Source: Kofleriaceae bacterium (GTDB taxonomy: Bacteria > Myxococcota_A > Polyangia > Haliangiales > Haliangiaceae). Taken from it: DNA of 14,037 nucleotides. The translations under genes and the position numbers were made by a program. The stretch spans positions 1 through 14,037 of the forward strand of contig JBKJLC010000003.1 of the NCBI GenBank assembly GCA_046597055.1, written 5' to 3'. Under the pieces are notes generated by a model. It was not told where the DNA came from and searched no databases. It saw nothing but the letters and a program-made list of their open reading frames with translations. Positions 7,370-14,037 of the stretch are shown piece by piece (within the stretch, counting starts at the first letter, position 1; every line of letters starts with the position of its first letter).

Positions 7370-7417
7370 CCCTTCGACGGCGGGCGCTCGCGCTCGCCCT
7401 GGCTCAGGGCCACCGGG
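7370..7417 (-). repeat. REP-like element, copy F (inverted partner of E)
   Basis: Minus strand reads CCCGGTGGCCCTGAGC-CA GGGCG AGCGCGAG CGCCC GCC-GTCGAAGGG. Confidence 0.85.
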
Positions 7418-7504
7418 CAAGATGTGCGGGATCCTGAGGGCAGCTGCAGCGCGTTCCTCGAACTGGGGCCTTTGACCACGGACTGCCAGGCGCGCCAATG
7501 CCGA

Positions 7505-8041
7505 TCAGGCGTCGTCGGGGGCGTGGCGGCGGCGCGCGGCCTCGAAGGCGGGATCGATCACGACCGCGGCCGGGCGGGCCGGGGCGTGCGGGGCGAAGCG
7601 GTCGCGGGCGTCGGGACGGACGTCGGTGCGCCAGCGCGGGCGGGGACCCGGGTCGGCCTGGGTCTCGATCGACCAGGCGGTCCAGGGATCGTCGGGAACG
7701 TTCGGGCTGGGATCGACGCTCCGGCAGGCGACCTGGACCAGCGGGCGGGCGGCGTGGATCGCGCGGAACAGCGCGTCGACCTCGACGAAGAAGAGGTCCC
7801 AGTCGATCTCCATCGAGCGGGTGCGCACGATCACCCAGGCCCAGTCGTCGGCCCAGGTCCAGCGATCGAAGCCGTCGAGGCGCACCGCGCGGAAACCGTC
7901 GAGGATCTGCTCGAGCGCGGCGGCGATCGTGGCCCGATCGGCGGCCTGCGGCGCCTGGGCGAACTGCACCTCGTAGTCGAGGCGTCCGCCGCCGTACCAC
8001 TCGCTCGGCTGCGCACCGTAGAACCGGAAGGGCCAGACCAT
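7505..8041 (-). CDS. Hypothetical protein (~178 aa, Trp-rich)
   Basis: Protein-like composition from MVWPFRFYG onward, and it fills the gap between the repeat cluster and the divergent dehydrogenase. The longer start (8215) overlaps the dehydrogenase and was rejected. No family recognised. Confidence 0.75.
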   Translation of the reverse strand: MVWPFRFYGAQPSEWYGGGRLDYEVQFAQAPQAADRATIAAALEQILDGFRAVRLDGFDRWTWADDWAWVIVRTRSMEIDWDLFFVEVDALFRAIHAARPLVQVACRSVDPSPNVPDDPWTAWSIETQADPGPRPRWRTDVRPDARDRFAPHAPARPAAVVIDPAFEAARRRHAPDDA

Positions 8042-8108
8042 GGCGCGCATCCTCGCACGGGTCCGGCCCGCTGGTCGGCGGTCGCGACGCCCGTGGTAGG
8101 GTGCGCCG

Positions 8109-9257
8109 GTGTTGACGCCCAAGCCGTCGTACCACGTGGTCCTCTTGCCCGGCGACGGCATCGGCGCCGAGGTCGCCGGCGATGCCCGCGCCCTGCTCGA
8201 GGCGCTCGCGCCCAAGCTCGGCGTCGGACTCGAGCTCGAGGAGATCCCGTGCGGCGGGCGCTTCTACCTGCAGCACGGCCGCCGCGACTGGCCCGAGGGT
8301 GCCGAGGAGCGCTGTGCAGCCGCCGACGTGATCCTGCTGGGCGCGGTCGGCTGGAACGGGCTCGACGGTCAGCCGGTCACGATGGCCGACGGCAAGATGG
8401 CCGGCTGGTCGCCCGTGATCGGCAATCGCCTGCGGCTCGGGCTCTACGCCAACGTGCGGCCGATCCGGCTGCTCAAGGGCATCAAGCACGGGCTGTCGGG
8501 CCGGTTCACCCAGGTGTGGGAGCCCGGCATGGTCGACATGGTGATGTTCCGCGAGAACACCGAGGGCCTCTACAGCGGCATCGGCGGCGTGATCGGCGAC
8601 GCCGCGATCGACACCCGGGTGATCACGCGCGCGGCCTCGCGCCGGGTCATCCGCAAGGCGTTCGAGCTGTCGCGCGCGCGCGGCAAGGGCGCGCCGGTCG
8701 ACGGCAAGAAGCGGGTCACCTGCGTCGTCAAACACAACGTGCTGTTCGGCTGCAAGCTGTTCCTCGAGGTGTTCAAGGAGGTCGGCGCCGAGTTCACCGA
8801 CATCGAGAAGGACGTCGCGATCGTCGACTCGTTCGCGATGTTCGTCCTGACCCGGCCCGAGGCCTACGACGTGGTGGTCACCACCAACATGTTCGGCGAC
8901 ATCCTCACCGACCTCGGCTCGGTGCTGCAGGGCGGCATGGGCATGGCGGTCGGCTGCAACATCGGCGACGACCACGCGATGTTCGAGCCGATCCACGGCT
9001 CGGCGCCGCCGCTGGCCGGCAAGGACGTCGCCAATCCGCTCGCGATGCTGCTGGCGACCGCGGAGGCGCTGCTGTGGCTCGGCCGCCGGCGCGGCGACGA
9101 GCGGCTGATCCGCGGCGGCAAGGCGATCGACGACGCGATCACCGCCATCGTCGCCCGCGGCAAGCCGCTCACGACCGACCTGGTCGGCGCCGAGCGCGCC
9201 GCGCCGCGGTCGGTGGTCGCGGCCGCGGTGCGCGACGAGACGCTGGCCCGCCTTTAG
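8109..9257 (+). CDS. Isocitrate/isopropylmalate (beta-hydroxyacid decarboxylating) dehydrogenase family protein, LeuB/tartrate-dehydrogenase-like
   Basis: Motifs LPGDGIGAEV, LLGAVG, R..LGLYANVRP, RENTEGLY, KHNV, NMFGDILTD and FEPIHGSAP..AGKDVANP. The substrate cannot be assigned from sequence. Confidence 0.93.
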   Translation: MLTPKPSYHVVLLPGDGIGAEVAGDARALLEALAPKLGVGLELEEIPCGGRFYLQHGRRDWPEGAEERCAAADVILLGAVGWNGLDGQPVTMADGKMAGWSPVIGNRLRLGLYANVRPIRLLKGIKHGLSGRFTQVWEPGMVDMVMFRENTEGLYSGIGGVIGDAAIDTRVITRAASRRVIRKAFELSRARGKGAPVDGKKRVTCVVKHNVLFGCKLFLEVFKEVGAEFTDIEKDVAIVDSFAMFVLTRPEAYDVVVTTNMFGDILTDLGSVLQGGMGMAVGCNIGDDHAMFEPIHGSAPPLAGKDVANPLAMLLATAEALLWLGRRRGDERLIRGGKAIDDAITAIVARGKPLTTDLVGAERAAPRSVVAAAVRDETLARL

Positions 9258-9337
9258 GGCCCGCGAATGATAACTCGCTCGCCCCTCGCGGCCGATCCAT
9301 CCCGGCTGGCTTCGTTGCTCGTCGCATTCGCGGGCCC
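9257..9337. repeat. 13-bp perfect inverted repeat with a 55-nt spacer (MITE-like or structured 3' element)
   Basis: GGGCCCGCGAATG (9257-9269) and CATTCGCGGGCCC (9325-9337), beginning in the TAG stop codon. Confidence 0.6.
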
Positions 9338-9465
9338 GTAGTGCCCGCCGCCCCGCCGAGCGCTGCTGACACAGCGGCGCGCCTCCGCTCGCACCGCGGG
9401 GTCGTCGGTCACCGACCCGGCCGGCGCGCGCGGCGAGCCGGGGCATACTGACGGCTGGAGGCGAC

Positions 9466-10170
9466 ATGCGCAGCAACCTGGTACGACTGACCGGGGCCCT
9501 CGGGCTCTTCGCGATCGCGGCCTGCAACGCCGCGCAGCAGGGCGCCAACGATCGGGTCCTGTTCACGCCGCGCGCGTGCGGCAACCCGCTGCTCGACTGC
9601 ACGTTCGACCGGCCGGTCGCGCACGGCGGCTTCCTCGAGGTGCAGATCCGCGGCGTCGACGGGGCCTCGGTCACCGGGCTCGACGTGGCCTCGAGCAATC
9701 CCGGGATCCTGTCGGTGATCCGCGCACCCGAGGTCGGCGGCGTACCGAGCTGGCAGCTCCACGGCGCCACCGTCGGCGCGGTGACTCTGCGCGCGACCGA
9801 CGCGGGCGCGGAGGTCGACTTCATCGACGTCAGCGTGGTCGCGCCGACCCGGCTCGGCCTGGTCAAGATCGCCGGCACCGCGGTCGGGCCGACCGACGAG
9901 GACGGGGTCGACCAGGCCTGGACGGTCACCGCCGATCAGCTGGTCTCGTTCCAGGTGTTGCCCTACGCGACCAATACCCACCTGATGGGCCGCCTCGACT
10001 ACGCGACCGAGCTGCCGGCCGGATCGACCCTGCTCGCGACCGAGCAGTCGTCGTCGGATCGCACCCAGGGCTACCTGTACGTACAGCCGCCCGCCGGCGA
10101 CTACCCGTTCTCGTTCGCGCTCGCCGCGGATTCGACCATCGCGGTCGACGCGGTGATCCACGCCCGCTGA
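9466..10170 (+). CDS. Putative lipoprotein, beta-rich (possibly Ig-like), function unknown
   Basis: Shine-Dalgarno GGAGG just upstream. Signal peptide with lipobox LGLFAIAA-C. Cys pair (RACGNPLLDC). The 'VASSNPGILSV' stretch recalls Big_2-type domains. Confidence 0.82.
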   Translation: MRSNLVRLTGALGLFAIAACNAAQQGANDRVLFTPRACGNPLLDCTFDRPVAHGGFLEVQIRGVDGASVTGLDVASSNPGILSVIRAPEVGGVPSWQLHGATVGAVTLRATDAGAEVDFIDVSVVAPTRLGLVKIAGTAVGPTDEDGVDQAWTVTADQLVSFQVLPYATNTHLMGRLDYATELPAGSTLLATEQSSSDRTQGYLYVQPPAGDYPFSFALAADSTIAVDAVIHAR

Positions 10171-10183
10171 TATCGTCGGTGCC

Positions 10184-11500
10184 GTGGGAGACGCCGCGCC
10201 CGCGCGCCTGATCGGCCGCTATCTCGTGGTCGGGGCCCTCGGCGAGGGCGCCATGGGCGAGGTCGTGCGCGCGCGCGACGAGCGGCTCGGTCGCGAGGTC
10301 GCGATCAAGAAGGTGAAGAACGTCTTCGGCATGCTGGCCTCGACGTTCCACGCGCGCTTCGAGGCCGAGGCGCGCGCGCTGGCCGCGCTCGCCCACCCCG
10401 GCGTGGTCCAGGTCTTCGACCTCGGCGTCGATGGCGACGAGCCGTACCTGGTGATGGAGCTGGTCGACGGCCCGACCTTGCGCGCGGTCATCACCGACCA
10501 CGGGCCGCTGGCGCCCGCCGACGTGCGCGTGCTCGGCATCCAGCTCGCGCGCGCGCTCGAGGCGGCCCACGCGCGCGGCATCCTGCATCGCGACGTGAAG
10601 CCGGCCAACGTGCTGCGCGCCCCGGGCGGCGTGTGGAAGCTCGCCGACTTCGGCGTCGCCCACGTGCCCGACTCCGACGTGACCGTCACCGGCCAGTTCC
10701 TGGGCACCCCCGCCTATGCCGCGCCCGAGGCGCTGACCGCAGGCGAGTTCAGCCCCGGCTCCGACGTGTACGCGCTGGCGGCGACCTTGGTCGAGGCGGC
10801 CACCGGCAAGAAGCCGCGGCCCGACGCGACCCTGGCCCAGCTGATCGCGCAGTCGAGCGAGCCGGTGGTGCTGACCGCGCTCTCGCCCGAGCTGGCGGCG
10901 GTGCTGGGCCCGGCGCTCGCGCTGGATCCGGCGCGCCGGCCGAGCGCGGCCGTGTTCGCCGAGCGCCTCGCCGCGGCCGCGGTCGTCGGTCGCAACACCC
11001 CGCTGCCCGTGCCCGCGGTCGCCCTGCCGTCGGCGCTCGACGCGACCTCCCCGCTCGGTGCCACCGCCGCCCTGCCCGGCACCTCGCCGCGGGCAACGCC
11101 GGCCACCGCGGTCTCGGTGGTGACCCTGCCCGGGCAGCCCACGGCCCGCCGCCGCCTGCGCGCGCTGGCGATCGCGGGCGGCGTCATCGTGGCGATCGGC
11201 CTGCTCGCGCTCGGCGCCACCAACGACTCGTCGAAGAACGGCGCCGCGGTGCCACTGCCCACCGGTGGCCCCGCTCGCCCGAGCCCCCGGCCCGGGCAAC
11301 CGACCGCGTTCACGGCCCCGCCGGGCCTGGCCGGCAAGGCCGCCCGGGACTGGAGCAAGGTCGCCCAGAAGGTCCACGACGGCGACCCCGACGAGGCGCT
11401 CGACAAGCTGATGGAGTTCGAGCGCAAGCACGGCGCCAGCGCCGAGAGCCGGCGGTTGCGCGCATGGCTCGAGCAGGCCTCGCCACGCTACGACGACTGA
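10184..11500 (+). CDS. Hanks-type Ser/Thr protein kinase, membrane-anchored
   Basis: Motifs GEGAMGEV, VAIK, HRDVKPAN, DFG, GTPAYAAPE and SDVY. Pro/Ala linker, RRR followed by a TM helix (LAIAGGVIVAIGLLALGA), and a short helical C-terminal domain. Confidence 0.95.
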   Translation: MGDAAPARLIGRYLVVGALGEGAMGEVVRARDERLGREVAIKKVKNVFGMLASTFHARFEAEARALAALAHPGVVQVFDLGVDGDEPYLVMELVDGPTLRAVITDHGPLAPADVRVLGIQLARALEAAHARGILHRDVKPANVLRAPGGVWKLADFGVAHVPDSDVTVTGQFLGTPAYAAPEALTAGEFSPGSDVYALAATLVEAATGKKPRPDATLAQLIAQSSEPVVLTALSPELAAVLGPALALDPARRPSAAVFAERLAAAAVVGRNTPLPVPAVALPSALDATSPLGATAALPGTSPRATPATAVSVVTLPGQPTARRRLRALAIAGGVIVAIGLLALGATNDSSKNGAAVPLPTGGPARPSPRPGQPTAFTAPPGLAGKAARDWSKVAQKVHDGDPDEALDKLMEFERKHGASAESRRLRAWLEQASPRYDD

Positions 11501-11504
11501 ACGG

Positions 11505-12380
<876 letters not shown>

Positions 12381-12399
12381 GCCCGGCGAGCGTAGCCGA

Positions 12400-13122
<723 letters not shown>

Positions 13123-13129
13123 GGGGGTC

Positions 13130-13158
13130 AGGGTGCGCACGATGGCCCCCCCTGTCAA
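13130..13158 (-). promoter_or_regulatory. Putative sigma70-type promoter for a leaderless M50 protease transcript
   Basis: Minus strand reads TTGACA-17 nt-CACCCT-7 nt-ATG(13122). The -35 is perfect and the -10 is weak. Confidence 0.5.
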
Positions 13159-13173
13159 ATGCCAGGTACGACG

Positions 13174-13926
13174 CTAACCGCCCGTCCTGGCTCGACGTTC
13201 CACCACCTCCCCGATCCGGCGGGCCAGCTCCTCGCGGTCCTCGCGCTCGATCCAGGGCATCGACACCCGCGCCAGGTCGTCGCCGGCCTGGGTGGTGAAC
13301 CGCAGGTAGTCGCCGATGACCGACACCGTGAACCGCGATCGGCACGGGATGGTGGTGTCGCCGGCGGCGGTCGGGATGACGATGCGGCCGTCGTCGTGGG
13401 CATCGAGGACCCGGCGGGCCCGGGCCCGGAACAGCGAGCGCCGGTACAGCGTCAGGTGGTCGCCGTGGTCGGCGACCAGGACCTTGTCGAGGCCGTGGTC
13501 ACCGGACGGGCCGACCTCGACCGCGCTGCACACCCCGCGCGCCAGCGAGGCCAGCGCGCCCGACAGCCGCCGGGTCAGCCGATCGAGCTGGCGAAGCGAA
13601 GCCAGGCCGTCGGCGTCGTCGATCAGGTCGCGCGGCTCGGCGCCGAACACGCGCTCGACCTCCCCGGGGCGCACCTCGAGCCAGATGCCTACCCCCTCGC
13701 GGGGCAACCCGCGCGCGACCAGCAGCCGGCCGCCGATCGGACGCACCACCCGGCGCATGCGGCGGCGCGCGGCCCGGGTGAACGTGAGCAACCCCTCGGA
13801 GATCGCGAGGTGGACTCCGGCCAGGGCGATCGTGACGTGGTACGGCGCGACCTCGAGGGACATGGTCCCGGCGCGGGTCGGTGACGTCATCACCTCGGCC
13901 ATCAGCGCGTCACGAAACGGCGCCAT
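13174..13926 (-). CDS. Hypothetical protein (~250 aa)
   Basis: Long ORF with protein-like composition, co-oriented with the protease and kinase. No family recognised. Start could be 13926 or a later Met. Confidence 0.75.
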   Translation of the reverse strand: MAPFRDALMAEVMTSPTRAGTMSLEVAPYHVTIALAGVHLAISEGLLTFTRAARRRMRRVVRPIGGRLLVARGLPREGVGIWLEVRPGEVERVFGAEPRDLIDDADGLASLRQLDRLTRRLSGALASLARGVCSAVEVGPSGDHGLDKVLVADHGDHLTLYRRSLFRARARRVLDAHDDGRIVIPTAAGDTTIPCRSRFTVSVIGDYLRFTTQAGDDLARVSMPWIEREDREELARRIGEVVERRARTGG

Positions 13927-13933
13927 TGGTAGA

Positions 13934-14019
13934 TTCTGCCCTTTCACTTGGGGACTTGCGTCGTAGGTGAAAGGGCAGAACCCCCTTTCAAACCGTGCGT
14001 GCGGATTACCCGCACACGG
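13934..14019. promoter_or_regulatory. Inverted-repeat-rich regulatory region
   Basis: 14-bp perfect inverted repeat TTCTGCCCTTTCAC (13934-13947) / GTGAAAGGGCAGAA (13967-13980). A third CCCTTTCA lies at 13983-13990, and a second imperfect hairpin at 13993-14019. Confidence 0.55.
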
Positions 14020-14037
14020 CTTACCGGTGATCTCTCG

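Noticed and set aside
6321..7417. CRISPR, integron attC or classical IS interpretation of the palindromic repeats
   Set aside because: Copies occur in both orientations with irregular spacing. No attC RYYYAAC/GTTRRRY ends, no integrase, no DDE or HUH transposase, and no evident target-site duplication.
7429..7465. Possible further degenerate REP (ATCCTGAGGG...CTCGAA)
   Set aside because: Arms match only partly and there is no convincing inner stem.
8109..9257. Assigning the symbol leuB or icd
   Set aside because: The family is clear but substrate specificity is not. The coenzyme motif is atypical and no pathway neighbours are present.
7292..9929. 719-aa (+) and 841-aa (-) ORFs
   Set aside because: Alternative-frame or antisense shadows of the dehydrogenase, hypothetical and lipoprotein genes.

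Overview
GC-rich bacterial window, most likely from a myxobacterium (Myxococcota). This is inferred from a MYXO-CTERM-type C-terminus and two Hanks-type kinases. Gene order: a 1948-aa cadherin/Ig-repeat surface protein (+), a ~28-bp non-coding tandem repeat, a small UPF0213/YhbQ-type GIY-YIG nuclease gene (+) inside a cluster of palindromic REP-like elements, a hypothetical protein (-), an isocitrate/isopropylmalate-family dehydrogenase (+), a lipoprotein (+), two convergent Ser/Thr kinases, an M50 site-2 protease (-) and a hypothetical protein (-). The most striking feature is 6296-7417. The GIY-YIG gene there is surrounded by six full copies of a ~46-bp hairpin element (CCGGTGGCCCTGAGC-variable stem-loop-GTCGAAGGG), plus a seventh copy nested in the loop of another. 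Four copies form two homologous inverted doublets that bracket the gene. The layout resembles a RAYT/REPIN locus but with a GIY-YIG nuclease instead of an HUH transposase. Most other genes look leaderless, with a -10-like hexamer 6-8 nt before the start codon. All calls come from reading the sequence by eye; no database searches were run.
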